From contig JBMTCG010000002.1 of NCBI GenBank assembly GCA_049430665.1, forward strand, positions 4,792 to 68,791: 64,000 nt of DNA. Direction: 5' to 3'. Made by a program: the position numbers and the translations under genes. The DNA is from Flavobacteriales bacterium (GTDB lineage: Bacteria; Bacteroidota; Bacteroidia; Flavobacteriales_C; GCA-002722245). Positions 30,838 to 41,158 of the stretch are shown piece by piece (within the stretch, counting starts at the first letter, position 1; the number at the start of each line of letters is the position of its first letter). The notes below the pieces were generated by a model. It was not told the origin of the DNA and did no database searches. It was given only the letters and a program-made list of their open reading frames with translations.

Positions 30838-32299
30838 CACCAACATAGCCTTCTCTCAAACCAACCTTCTTCCACCAATCATAAACGATTTGTTGAAGCA
30901 AGGTGAGTTGAATTTTGATAAAAAAACCGATAGAAAATTATTGGTGTCGAAGTTGAACGAGCAGTATTCTTCTTTTGATGTTCATGAAAAAGTTAGCGCC
31001 AATATTGAATCTCTTTTAGATGAAAATACTTTTACGGTAACAACCGGACACCAGTTGTGTTTGCTAGGCGGACCGGCCTATTTCATTTATAAAATTGTAT
31101 CAACGATTAAGGCCTGCGAGTTGTATGCCGCAAAATATCCAACGAAGAAATTTGTGCCCGTTTTCTGGTTGGCTTCCGAAGATCATGATTTTGAAGAAGT
31201 GAATCATTTGTATCTCTTTGGTAAAAAAGTTGAATGGAAAACCACGCAAACTGGTGCTGTAGGAAGAATGAAAATGGAAGGTTTTTCTGAGGTCTTTTCA
31301 GAACTAGAATCCATTGTAGAAATTCCCGAATTCTTCCGCTCCTCATGGTCCTCCATGTCTTCAACGTCGTCATTATCTTCTTTCACCAAAACCTGGTTAA
31401 ACAAATTGTTTGCCCCTTACGGCTTAATCATCATCGATGCCGATGACCGTGATTTAAAAAGAAGTTTTTCACCCATCATCGAAAAAGAATTCAGCGAAAA
31501 AATTGGCAAGCGTGAAGTAGAAAAAACGAATGCCATTTTAAGCGAGAAATATAAATTGCAGGTGAATCCACGCGATATTAATTTCTTTTTGTTGGAAGAT
31601 AACAAGCGCGAAAGATTTGTGGAAGATGGAAGCGATTGGAAGAAAATGCTAGAAGAAAATCCAGAGAAATTTTCGCCTAATGTAATTTACCGACCTTTAT
31701 ACCAAGAATTTATTTTGCCTAATGTGGCTTATGTTGGCGGACCCAACGAATTGGCCTATTGGTTTCAATTAACAGGAGTTTTCGCTGCGCACAACTTGGT
31801 TTATCCTCAATTGATTTTGCGCGATTCGTTTGTGGTGCTCGACGCCAATCAGCAAAAAATGTTGAATGCTTTGCATTTTTCTCTAGAAGATATTTTCGAA
31901 AATACAGAATTGCTAAAATCAAAATTCTTAAAATCTAAAATGGAGATTTCAGATAGCGCATACCAAAGTTCTATTTCACAACTTTTTGATGCTTTGAAAG
32001 CAGAGGTTTCTAAAATCGATGCTACCCTAGGAGGTTCGGTAGATGCTGAAAAAGCAAAAACTTCAAAATCTATAGAGAACTTATTTGCGAGAATCAAGAA
32101 GGCTGAAAAGGCGCGTCACGAAATAGATTTGAATAAAATTGACAAGTTGAAAAATCAACTTTTCCCCGAAGGTGTTTTTCAAGAAAGAAGAGTTAACTTC
32201 TTGGAGTTTTATTCTCGATATGGCGCTAATTACATCGATGCTTTGTTGCAAAATGCCAACCCGTTGAATTCGTGTTTAAAAGTTTTAGCAGAAGCGTGA
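30827..32299 (+). CDS. bshC: Bacillithiol biosynthesis cysteine-adding enzyme
   Basis: VTTGHQ, PVFWLASEDHDFEE, FSPNV..RP.YQE..LP..AYVGGP.E..YW, QER..NF. Confidence 0.93.
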   Translation: MLNNTNIAFSQTNLLPPIINDLLKQGELNFDKKTDRKLLVSKLNEQYSSFDVHEKVSANIESLLDENTFTVTTGHQLCLLGGPAYFIYKIVSTIKACELYAAKYPTKKFVPVFWLASEDHDFEEVNHLYLFGKKVEWKTTQTGAVGRMKMEGFSEVFSELESIVEIPEFFRSSWSSMSSTSSLSSFTKTWLNKLFAPYGLIIIDADDRDLKRSFSPIIEKEFSEKIGKREVEKTNAILSEKYKLQVNPRDINFFLLEDNKRERFVEDGSDWKKMLEENPEKFSPNVIYRPLYQEFILPNVAYVGGPNELAYWFQLTGVFAAHNLVYPQLILRDSFVVLDANQQKMLNALHFSLEDIFENTELLKSKFLKSKMEISDSAYQSSISQLFDALKAEVSKIDATLGGSVDAEKAKTSKSIENLFARIKKAEKARHEIDLNKIDKLKNQLFPEGVFQERRVNFLEFYSRYGANYIDALLQNANPLNSCLKVLAEA

Positions 32300-32353
32300 G
32301 GTATATCGCTTAAATTTTAAGATTTTAGCTGCCTGATTCAATTTAAACTAATT

Positions 32354-33241
32354 ATGAAGTATTATTTCTCTTTTGCACTTGTTGCTATTACCTTATTTTC
32401 TTGTATTGAAGAAAACGATTCTTCTGAAAATAGCATTATCAAACCTTTAACTGATACCGTTCATTTGGCTACTACTGCCGATAAATTGTCGTATGCTTTG
32501 GGTTCAAGTCTTGGTGTTGGCTTGCGTGATAATTTTTCTGATGCCAATGTTGATGAGATTTTAAAAGGTGTGCGCGATTGTATCAACGATACTTTTCCTC
32601 TTATGCAAAAAGAGGCGGCTAAAGCTTTAATAGTTGCTTTTGTGAATAAAGATTCTGTGGCTATCAACAAAAACGATGTGGCTTATGCTTACGGTGTTGA
32701 TTTCGCTTCTTCTTATTCTACTTTCGGCGATATGAAAAAATTGAATTTAGAAGTGTATAAAAAAGCAGTTCAGCATGGTTTGCATGAAGAGCAATTGCAA
32801 ATAGACCCTCGTCAGGCCAACGATTTCATGACCAAATACAAATCGGAAATGGGTAAAGAATTGGGTGCTGCATTTTTAGAAGCGAACAAGAAGAAACCTG
32901 GCGTTATTACCACAGCAAGTGGTTTACAATATAAAGTGATTAGAAAAGGAACTGGTCCGAAACCTACTTCTCCTAACGACCAAGTTACTGTTCATTACAA
33001 AGGGATGTTAACCGATGGAAAAGTATTTGATAGTTCTTACGATAGAGGTGAAACAACTTCTTTTGGATTGAATCAGGTAATTCGCGGTTGGACTGAAGGT
33101 TTACAGCTTATGGAAGTAGGTTCTAAATATGAATTCTACATTCCAGAGAATTTGGCTTATGGCGCACAAACACAAGGCGGAATTCCTCCTTATTCAACAT
33201 TGATTTTTGAAGTAGAATTGTTCCAAATCAACGGCAAATAA
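32354..33241 (+). CDS. FKBP-type peptidyl-prolyl isomerase, probable lipoprotein with duplicated FKBP_N segment
   Basis: LFSC lipobox; SYALG and AYAYG; SGLQY, VHYKG.L.DG.VFDSS, VIRGW.EG, LAYG. Confidence 0.92.
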   Translation: MKYYFSFALVAITLFSCIEENDSSENSIIKPLTDTVHLATTADKLSYALGSSLGVGLRDNFSDANVDEILKGVRDCINDTFPLMQKEAAKALIVAFVNKDSVAINKNDVAYAYGVDFASSYSTFGDMKKLNLEVYKKAVQHGLHEEQLQIDPRQANDFMTKYKSEMGKELGAAFLEANKKKPGVITTASGLQYKVIRKGTGPKPTSPNDQVTVHYKGMLTDGKVFDSSYDRGETTSFGLNQVIRGWTEGLQLMEVGSKYEFYIPENLAYGAQTQGGIPPYSTLIFEVELFQINGK

Positions 33242-33714
33242 TGGAAGCCAAACTCGATATAGCTAAAGATTTCGAATACATTAAAACGCAAGTTTTTTAC
33301 TTAGAGAATTTCTCTAAAAAAGTAGAGAAGGAGTGTGCTGATTATTTTGGTTCAAAAAATTACTGGAGTGGTATTCCTTTAGATGCCCCAATTTATGCGC
33401 ACATCGATAAGTGGGTGAGCAATTACCAAAAACTTCATTCGCATATTTGGGCGCAAAGCTATGAGCCAGAAGTAATGGAGTTGGTGGCTACTTTGCACGA
33501 AATAAAATTTACCAAGCCATCGCTAACTTCAGAAGATTTAAAATCATTTCCTGTTTGGAAAAAAGCCTTGTATTTTTTACTTCCGCCCTTTCGTTGGAAT
33601 TACAACAAAAAAAAGGTAAAAGAGGTGAAAGCCAAGTTGAATAAATTTAAGCAAACCATTGAAAATGCTAAGAAATTCGTGATTCGATTGGAAGGGCATT
33701 ATTTTTATTCTTAA
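33241..33714 (+). CDS. Hypothetical protein
   Basis: 157-aa ORF translationally coupled (TAATG overlap) within the operon. Confidence 0.7.
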   Translation: MEAKLDIAKDFEYIKTQVFYLENFSKKVEKECADYFGSKNYWSGIPLDAPIYAHIDKWVSNYQKLHSHIWAQSYEPEVMELVATLHEIKFTKPSLTSEDLKSFPVWKKALYFLLPPFRWNYNKKKVKEVKAKLNKFKQTIENAKKFVIRLEGHYFYS

Positions 33715-33737
33715 ATTGCTTTCATTAAACATTAAGA

Positions 33738-34361
33738 ATGAAAGTTGTTTTTATTTCTGATACGCACAATCGCCATCATAAAGTTGTTTTGCCTAAGGGA
33801 GATGTTTTGATTCATGCTGGCGATGTGTCTGGAAGAGGAACGCAAAATGAGATTGAAGATTTTTTAAAATGGTTTTCTTCTCAGCCTCATCAACACAAAA
33901 TTTTTATCGCAGGCAATCACGATTTTTTTATTCAACAACAACCACAAGAATTCAAAGAAATTTTGCCTTCCAATATTGTTTATCTACAAGATGAATTGGT
34001 AGAAATTGATGGTAAGAAAATATATGGGAGTCCGTGGACTCCCCGTTTCATGAATTGGGCTTTCATGAAAGAAAAAGGAGAAGATATTGCTCAAGTTTGG
34101 CGACAAATTCCCAATGAAATAGATGTTTTGATTACGCACGGTCCGGCCTTTGGAACCTTAGATAAAATATACACCGGATTGCCTGTTGGATGTGAAGATT
34201 TAGCTATAGAATTGAGAAGAATAAAACCAAGATGCTTTTTGTTCGGACACATTCATGAAGGCTACGGAGTGATAGAAAGAGATGGAATTACTTTTATGAA
34301 TGGTGCTGTTTTGAACGAGCGCTATGTGTTACAAAACGAAGCTTTAGTTTTTGACTTATAA
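33738..34361 (+). CDS. Metallophosphoesterase (calcineurin-like, MPPED-type)
   Basis: SDTH, HAGD, AGNHD, THGP, GHIH. Confidence 0.92.
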   Translation: MKVVFISDTHNRHHKVVLPKGDVLIHAGDVSGRGTQNEIEDFLKWFSSQPHQHKIFIAGNHDFFIQQQPQEFKEILPSNIVYLQDELVEIDGKKIYGSPWTPRFMNWAFMKEKGEDIAQVWRQIPNEIDVLITHGPAFGTLDKIYTGLPVGCEDLAIELRRIKPRCFLFGHIHEGYGVIERDGITFMNGAVLNERYVLQNEALVFDL

Positions 34362-34363
34362 CG

Positions 34364-35302
34364 ATGAAAAACTTAGCGCCCATTATATTATTTGCTTACA
34401 ACAGGCCTTATCACACGCAAGAAACTTTGCATTATCTTTCTCAAAATGTTTTGGCCGAGGAATCTATTTTAATTGTTTATTGTGATGGAGCAAAACAAGA
34501 TGCTAGCGAAGAGAATAAACTAAAAATAAAACAAGTACGTGAGCTAGTTAAAGCACAAAATTGGCCCAAAGAAATTCATGTAGTGGAGAGTGAAACGAAC
34601 AAAGGGTTGGCGAATTCTATCATCGGTGGTGTTCGTGAAGTGACCGAAAAATATGGTAAAGCCATTGTTTTAGAAGACGATATTATCACTTCAAAATACT
34701 TTTTGCAGTACATGAACGATGCTTTGAATTGCTATGAAAATGATGAGCGAGTGCTGAGTATTGGAGCCTGCAATTTTTTTGCTCACGATGAAAATACACC
34801 CGAAACATTTTTTATTCCTATTCCCGATTGCTGGGGATGGGCCACTTGGAAAAACAGATGGCAGTTGTTTGAAGAAGATGGTAGTAAATTATTAAAGCAA
34901 TTACACGACAAAAATTTAATTCATTCATTTAATGTGGAAGGTGCTTATGATTTTGAGCAAATGCTAAAGGATCAAATTGCGGGGTTGAACAATTCGTGGG
35001 CAATTCGCTGGCAAGCTTTGGCTTACGTTCAAAACAAAATGGCACTTTATCCAAAGTTTGCGCAAAGTCATAATATTGGCTTCGATGCTAACGCAACGCA
35101 CACTACCGAATACGCAGAAATATTCAATACGAAAGCTTATTTGCACCAAGAGGTGAAGGTGACTAAAATGGATGTGTTTCTTTTGCCTGAGGTGTTTCTT
35201 CAAATGAAAAAAGGTTATGCTTTATCGGTTGGTGGAAATCATCAAATATCATTTGTTGAAAGAATACTTTTGTATCTAAAAAGAAAACTAAAAATATCAT
35301 AG
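34364..35302 (+). CDS. GT-A fold glycosyltransferase
   Basis: APIILFAYNRP, N.GLA.SI..G, IVLEDD, CWGWATW, NIGFD. Confidence 0.85.
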   Translation: MKNLAPIILFAYNRPYHTQETLHYLSQNVLAEESILIVYCDGAKQDASEENKLKIKQVRELVKAQNWPKEIHVVESETNKGLANSIIGGVREVTEKYGKAIVLEDDIITSKYFLQYMNDALNCYENDERVLSIGACNFFAHDENTPETFFIPIPDCWGWATWKNRWQLFEEDGSKLLKQLHDKNLIHSFNVEGAYDFEQMLKDQIAGLNNSWAIRWQALAYVQNKMALYPKFAQSHNIGFDANATHTTEYAEIFNTKAYLHQEVKVTKMDVFLLPEVFLQMKKGYALSVGGNHQISFVERILLYLKRKLKIS

Positions 35303-35314
35303 TATATTTAACTC

Positions 35315-36286
35315 ATGCATTTGGATTTCTGCACCATATTTAATCACGAGTACTTAAGTAGGGCTTTGGCGATGTACGCATCATTAAAGAAGAACTGTGA
35401 TAGTTTTCATGTGTATGCTTATGTGCTAGATGATGTGTGTTTGCGTTATTTTCAAACAGGCGATTTCCCTAATTTAACTGCTTTGCCCATTGCTGCCGCC
35501 GAAGATGCAGAGTTGTTAAAAGTAAAAGAAGGAAGAACTTTAGGTGAGTACTGCTGGACTTGCACCCCTTCGCTCATTTTGTACACCATTCAAAAATACA
35601 ATTTGAAGCATTGCACTTACATCGATGCTGATTTGTATTTCTTTCAAAATCCGAAAATTGTAGTGCAAGAAATGGGCGATAATTCGGTGCTCATTACTCC
35701 ACATAATTTTTCTACAGAATATAAAAGTTCTCTTCGCTTTGGAAAATATTGCATTCAATTCATGACTTTTAAAAACGACGAATACGCAATGAAAGCTCTG
35801 CGTTGGTGGAGAGAAGCGTGTTTGAATTGGTGCTACAATAGATTGGAAGACGGCAAGTTTGGAGATCAATTGTATTTAGACGATTGGCTTACGCGATTTG
35901 AGAAAATTCATGAGTTACAGCACGAAGGTTCTTTTGCACCTTGGAATAATTTGACTTTTGATATTGTAGAGGAGAACGGACAAAAAATATTGGTTAATAA
36001 GCAAACTCTACGACGCTCACCTTTAGTGTTTTACCATTTTCATGGCTTTAAATTTATTGAAGAAAGGTACCGCATCTTTAATACCTATTTGTTTAAGAGA
36101 AGGAAGATTGATTATGGCAGTTTTACCATATCTAAAGTAACTGAAGAGACTTTGTACAAGCCCTACATTCAGCATTTGAGAAACAAAAGCGCCATGGTTA
36201 AGGTTAATTTAGAAGATGACATAGATGTAGATGGAGTGGTGGTGTATGAAAGGGATTTCGAAAATATTTTCAAAAAAGACAAGTAA
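35315..36286 (+). CDS. Glycosyltransferase (nucleotide-diphospho-sugar transferase type)
   Basis: FCT.F..YL, EYCWT..P, YIDADLYFF, DQ.YLD.W, APWN, FYHFHG. Confidence 0.82.
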   Translation: MHLDFCTIFNHEYLSRALAMYASLKKNCDSFHVYAYVLDDVCLRYFQTGDFPNLTALPIAAAEDAELLKVKEGRTLGEYCWTCTPSLILYTIQKYNLKHCTYIDADLYFFQNPKIVVQEMGDNSVLITPHNFSTEYKSSLRFGKYCIQFMTFKNDEYAMKALRWWREACLNWCYNRLEDGKFGDQLYLDDWLTRFEKIHELQHEGSFAPWNNLTFDIVEENGQKILVNKQTLRRSPLVFYHFHGFKFIEERYRIFNTYLFKRRKIDYGSFTISKVTEETLYKPYIQHLRNKSAMVKVNLEDDIDVDGVVVYERDFENIFKKDK

Positions 36287-36359
36287 TTAAATTCACTCTT
36301 TTCTTTAAGAGTTTAACAATTAGGTAAAGATTTGTATATTTCTGCCTTAAATTGAGTTC

Positions 36360-36737
36360 ATGGCCTATATTTTAAATTTAAATACTTTTTCAGATTCGAG
36401 AGGTAAGCTCACCGTGATTGAAAAAGTACTTCCTTTTGAGGTAAAAAGAGTTTTTTATATCCATAGTGTTATTAACCCTATGTCGGAACGCGGCAAGCAC
36501 CGCCACAAAAAAACGCAAATGGCTGTGGTTTGTGTAAAGGGAAGTTGCAGAATTGTGAATAACGATGGTACTGCCGAACGCGAATATTATTTAAATAATC
36601 CCGAAACTTGTTTGATTTTAGAGCCTAAAGATTGGCATTATATGTATGCTTTTAGTTTCGATGCCGTTTTGTTGGTAATGTCTTCAGAGTATTTTGATGT
36701 TGATGATTATATCTATGACAAATATTTGCCTGAATGA
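36360..36737 (+). CDS. FdtA/QdtA-family dTDP-sugar 3,4-ketoisomerase (cupin)
   Basis: DSRGKL.VIE, VKRVFY, RG.H.H, WH.M..FS.DAVLLV. Confidence 0.9.
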   Translation: MAYILNLNTFSDSRGKLTVIEKVLPFEVKRVFYIHSVINPMSERGKHRHKKTQMAVVCVKGSCRIVNNDGTAEREYYLNNPETCLILEPKDWHYMYAFSFDAVLLVMSSEYFDVDDYIYDKYLPE

Positions 36738-37819
36738 TAGCCTACGAAAATCTAGCAAAATCGAATAAGAAATTCCACGCTGATTTTGAGAAATCATTTC
36801 ACCAAAACTTAGTCGACGGAAGATTTGTTTTAGCTCAAAATGTGCAAAGCTTCGAAAGTAATTTCGCTGCTTATTGTGGTGTGCAACATTGTGTTGGTGT
36901 AGCATCGGGATTAGATGCTCTTTTCTTTGCCGTTAAGGCTTTAAATTTACCCAAAGGAGCAGAGGTTTTGGTTCCTGCCAATACTTATATCGCATCTATT
37001 ATTTCTATTGTGAACGCGGGCTTTAAAGCTGTTTTGGTAGAGCCCGATATACGCACTTACAATATTTCTCCTAAAGAGATAGAAAAAAATATCACAGCCA
37101 AAACCAAAGCCATCATGGTGGTGCATTTGTATGGTAAGTTGTGCGATATGAAAGCGATTTTAAGCATAGCTAAAAAGCACGATTTAAAGGTTATTGAAGA
37201 TTGCGCACAAGCGCATGGTGCCGCATACAAAGGTAAGCGTGCAGGTAGTTTTGGTGATGCAGCGGCTTTTAGTTTTTATCCTAGCAAAAATTTAGGTGCT
37301 TTGGGCGATGGTGGAGCTGTTACTACCAATGATGCAAATCTTACGAATCAATTTAAATTACTACGGAATTACGGGTCTATTGAAAGATATAAGAATGAAA
37401 TCCTTGGTTACAATTCGCGATTAGATGATATACAAGCTGGATTTCTAAACATTAAGTTAAAGGCGATTGATGAACTTACTGAGCACAAAAGAAAATTGGC
37501 GCAAATCTATTTACAACATTTGAAAAGTGATTTCATTCTTCCTATGGTAAATAAAGATTATTACGATGTTTATCACATATTTAATGTGCGTCATGACAAG
37601 AGAGATAAATTGAAAGAATATTTACTGAAAAACGATATTGTAACAGATGTACATTACCCTGTTGCACCTCATCATCAGCCAGCTTTGAAGGCGACGTACA
37701 AGGGTAAAAAATTTCCTGTTTCCGAAGAAATTCATGCTACTACTTTAAGTCTTCCTATCGCATATTTTCATACCGAGAAAGATATCGAGAAGGTGGTGAA
37801 AGTGATGAATAAATTTTAA
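36734..37819 (+). CDS. DegT/DnrJ/EryC1/StrS aminotransferase (FdtB-like)
   Basis: [32 protein letters not shown]. Confidence 0.92.
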   Translation: MIAYENLAKSNKKFHADFEKSFHQNLVDGRFVLAQNVQSFESNFAAYCGVQHCVGVASGLDALFFAVKALNLPKGAEVLVPANTYIASIISIVNAGFKAVLVEPDIRTYNISPKEIEKNITAKTKAIMVVHLYGKLCDMKAILSIAKKHDLKVIEDCAQAHGAAYKGKRAGSFGDAAAFSFYPSKNLGALGDGGAVTTNDANLTNQFKLLRNYGSIERYKNEILGYNSRLDDIQAGFLNIKLKAIDELTEHKRKLAQIYLQHLKSDFILPMVNKDYYDVYHIFNVRHDKRDKLKEYLLKNDIVTDVHYPVAPHHQPALKATYKGKKFPVSEEIHATTLSLPIAYFHTEKDIEKVVKVMNKF

Positions 37820-37863
37820 TCCTTTTTGATTAGTGCCAAAGTGTGCTTACATTTGCTTTGTGC

Positions 37864-37947
37864 GCCCTGGTGGCGAAATTGGTAGACGTACCATCTTGAG
37901 GGGGTGGCGCTCGTAAGGGCATAAGAGTTCGAATCTCTTTCAGGGCA
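37864..37947 (+). tRNA. tRNA-Leu (anticodon GAG)
   Basis: Acceptor GCCCTGG/TCAGGGC, anticodon arm ccatc-ttGAGgg-ggtgg, long variable arm, GTTCGAATC; TACATTTG box at 37848-37855. Confidence 0.95.
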
Positions 37948-37953
37948 CAATAT

Positions 37954-37996
37954 TCAGAGTGAGTGTTAGAATGCTGCACATTCACTCTGATTTTTC
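37954..37996 (+). terminator. Terminator after tRNA-Leu
   Basis: tcagagtgagtgt/acattcactctga stem followed by a T-run. Confidence 0.65.
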
Positions 37997-38054
37997 TCTT
38001 CGCTATTGATTTATATCATATTTACATTCTACAACTCTTGGTTATTTTTGTGGC

Positions 38055-39289
38055 ATGACAAAAAAAAGATTGAGCTGATGGCGCCTGCAGGTAATTTCGA
38101 ATCCTTCATGGCGGCTATTCAAGGAGGTGCCGATTCTATTTATTTTGGTATAGAACAGTTGAATATGCGCGCTCGTGCTACAATGAATTTTACATTGATG
38201 ATTTACCAGAAATTGCCAATAGAGCCAAAGAACATAAGGTGCGCACTTACCTTACGCTAAATACCATTGTTTACGATCACGATATAAGCTTAATGAAACG
38301 TATTGTGAATACGGCTAAAGAGTTTGGTATTACTGCAGTAATCGCAGCCGATCAAGCGGTAATTATGCATGCCAAAACCATCGGTATGGAAGTGCATATT
38401 TCTACGCAAGTCAATATCACCAACCTCGAAACTGTTAAATTTTATGCGCTGTTTGCCGATGTGGTTGTGCTTGCCAGAGAATTGAGCGTGAATCAAATGC
38501 GAGCAATACCGGATGCAATTAAAAAGGAGAATGTTTGCGGACCATCAGGTAAATTGGTTGAGGTGGAAGTGTTTGCACATGGCGCTTTGTGTATGGCTGT
38601 TTCGGGTAAATGCTATCTAAGTTTGCATTCACATAATTCATCGGCCAATAGGGGCGCTTGTATTCAAAATTGCCGTCGCACTTATCGTGTAATTGATGAA
38701 GAAGGCATTGAACTGGAAATAGATAACGAATACATCATGTCGCCTAAAGATTTGTGTACCATCGATTTTTTAGATGTATTGCTGGGTACAGGTATTTCTG
38801 TTTTAAAGATTGAGGGTAGAGGCAGAGCACCAGAATATGTGAAAACTGTTGTTCAATGTTACCGTGAAGCCATTGATGCTTATCAAACTGAAGAATATAC
38901 AAAGGATAAAGTGGAAGTATGGATGAAGCGCCTCGAATCACTGTACAATATAGGTTTTTGGAGTGGGTATTATCTCGGACAAAAATTAGGGGAGTGTTCG
39001 GGAACAGATGGCTCGCACGCTACTCAAAAAAAAGATTTATATCGGACAAGGCCTTAAGTATTGTTCTAAAAGTAAGGTGGGTGAATTTAAAATAGAAGGT
39101 CATACTTTGAAGAAAGGCGATAGATTATTGATTACCGGACCAACCACTGGCGTTATTGAACTTGATGCAGAGGAGGTTAGAGTTAACAATGAAGCAGTGA
39201 ATTTGGTTGAAAAAGGAACGGTTTGCACCTTCACTGTGAAGGATAAAATTCGTCCCAGCGACAAACTTTATAAAATAGTAGAAGCATAA
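38055..39289 (+). pseudogene. U32-family protein (PrtC/TrhP-like Fe-S hydroxylase) broken by apparent frameshifts; real lesion or assembly error
   Basis: IELMAPAG, GADSIYFG, HGALCMAVSGKCYLS..ANRGAC.QNCR and KIEGR lie in three reading frames; shifts near 38060-38067 (A8), ~38195 and 39026-39033 (A8). Confidence 0.85.
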
Positions 39290-39515
39290 TGGCTGTGGTT
39301 ATTACTCAAGTGCGCAACAGATGCATAGGTTGTAATTATTGCTTTGAATTAGCGCGCGAGCAATGGCGCATGTCGAAAAAAGATGGAAAGAGTGTTTTGC
39401 TAAATGCAAAAGAAAAAAATGGGTTTTTTACCTAGTGGGTGATGAATACCTTGAGCAAAATGAAAAAGCCGCTCAAGCTTGTCCGGTAAAAATTATTAAG
39501 GTGAGTCAAGTCTGA
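39289..39515 (+). pseudogene. Ferredoxin (CxxCxxC...CP), frameshifted near 39433
   Basis: MAVVITQVRNRCIGCNYC...GFFT then TAG; continues in another frame as VGDEYLEQNEKAAQACPVKIIKVSQV; not in the ORF track. Confidence 0.85.
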
Positions 39516-39580
39516 TTCTGTTTAATAGCAAATAAACTTAACTGAAAATTACGAAGAGTTTTATCTTTTATAGTCGAAGG

Positions 39581-39620
39581 AAACAATAAAACCCCAGTTT
39601 TCACTGAGGTTTTATTGTTT
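39581..39620 (-). terminator. Intrinsic terminator, best-formed on the minus strand
   Basis: 18-bp stem; on the minus strand the loop is GAAA and the single mismatch is a G-U pair. Confidence 0.8.
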
Positions 39621-39638
39621 TTACTCATCATTAATAAA

Positions 39639-39770
39639 CTACGTCATAATGAGAGTTGTACCAAAAACGTGGTAACCTTCGTTGAAAGGTATAGCGGTAG
39701 TTACATGTCCTGCTTTTACATCCTTTCCATTTAATGACAACAATTCCGGTGTTTCCCATTTCTTTTTCAT
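39639..39770 (-). CDS. 43-aa peptide with lasso/RRE-type RiPP leader (putative precursor)
   Basis: MKKKWETPELLSLNGKDVKAGHVTTAIPFNEGYHVFGTTLIMT; A-rich leader caacaaaaaATG; downstream terminator; below the ORF-track size cutoff. Confidence 0.65.
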   Translation of the reverse strand: MKKKWETPELLSLNGKDVKAGHVTTAIPFNEGYHVFGTTLIMT

Positions 39771-39792
39771 TTTTTGTTGATTTTAAGATTAC

Positions 39793-39826
39793 AAAAAAAA
39801 AACAACTCTTAATTTCTTAAGAGTTG
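39793..39826 (-). terminator. Terminator after tRNA-fMet
   Basis: caactcttaa/ttaagagttg stem followed on the minus strand by T10. Confidence 0.8.
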
Positions 39827-39832
39827 CACTTG

Positions 39833-39905
<73 letters not shown>

Positions 39906-39973
39906 ATATGGGTGCGAAGATACTGCATTTATTGGGATAAACAATAAAAGTTGAAAATAAATCGACTATTATT

Positions 39974-41011
39974 TTAGAGCCACTTCTTCTTTTTGAAATA
40001 AAATACAAGAACTACCACTAATGTTACGGTAATTCCCCAAAAGGCATAATAACCATAATTCCAATGTAGCTCAGGTAGGTTGTCGAAGTTCATTCCATAT
40101 ACTCCCGCCAAAAAAGTAAGCGGAATGAATATGGCTGAAATAACGGTAAGGGTTTTCATAGTGTCGTTCATTTTGTGCCCCTGATACACAAAAAACAAAT
40201 TTGCGCCACTTTCTAGCTTGTGTATATTGAAATCCAATTCCTCCACCAACTGAATGGCTTGGTCTTTTAAGTCGGCAAAATATTTTGCCGAAGCTTGATC
40301 GATGAATCCCGCCACTCCTTTTTCAATACTACTCATGGCCTCTTTCAAAGGGTGTAAAGATCGTTTCAATTCGTTCATCGTTTCTTTTATCGACTCAATA
40401 TGAAACAATGTTTCTGGTTCAGCTTTCTCTATGTTTTCGAACTTTACCAGTTCACTTACGCGCAACTCTAATTTGTCGATGGTAAAAAAGTAATCTTCTA
40501 AAATTGCTTCTAATAGAGCATACTGCAGGAAATCGGAACCTCTTTCACGCACTACCCCCTTAGCTCTTAGTATCTTACGAATGTGTTGAAAATGATTTCC
40601 AGATTTTTCCTGAAATGAAACCACATATCCTTTTCCTAGCAAAAATGAAATTTGGGCCAGTTCGACTTTGTCGCCTTCAAGGGCCTGAACTGCTTTGATG
40701 GTAAAGAAGATATATTGATCGAAATGTTGTAGTTTGGGACGAGAAGTAGTATCCAACAAATCTTGAATTACTAAAAAATGAACATCTAGTTTATCTGCTA
40801 TTTGTTTTATTAAATCTACATCGTGCAAGCCGTGCACATTTAACCAATAAACATATTTGCCGTCACACAAAGTGGTAAGGTCTTCAATACAAAACTCCTT
40901 GTTTTCAATGTATTCTTCTTTATTGAAAGAAAACATTTGCAAACTAGGTTTATCGAGGTATTGTTTTCCTATAAACTCTAATTCTTCAATATGATCGTTA
41001 AGTACTTCCAT
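39974..41011 (-). CDS. corA: Magnesium/cobalt transporter CorA
   Basis: WLNVHGL, MN..MK.LT, YGMNF..PEL.W signature. Confidence 0.95.
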   Translation of the reverse strand: MEVLNDHIEELEFIGKQYLDKPSLQMFSFNKEEYIENKEFCIEDLTTLCDGKYVYWLNVHGLHDVDLIKQIADKLDVHFLVIQDLLDTTSRPKLQHFDQYIFFTIKAVQALEGDKVELAQISFLLGKGYVVSFQEKSGNHFQHIRKILRAKGVVRERGSDFLQYALLEAILEDYFFTIDKLELRVSELVKFENIEKAEPETLFHIESIKETMNELKRSLHPLKEAMSSIEKGVAGFIDQASAKYFADLKDQAIQLVEELDFNIHKLESGANLFFVYQGHKMNDTMKTLTVISAIFIPLTFLAGVYGMNFDNLPELHWNYGYYAFWGITVTLVVVLVFYFKKKKWL

Positions 41012-41158
41012 TTCTATAAATGTGCTGTCGATTTTGATTGTAAAAATACTATCTTATGTGCTAACGCATTCACAAGGTAAAAATAATTTATCAGGCCATA
41101 ACTTTTTAGGATGATATTATGTATACCGAGAATTCAAATTAAACTTAATGCGATTTTT

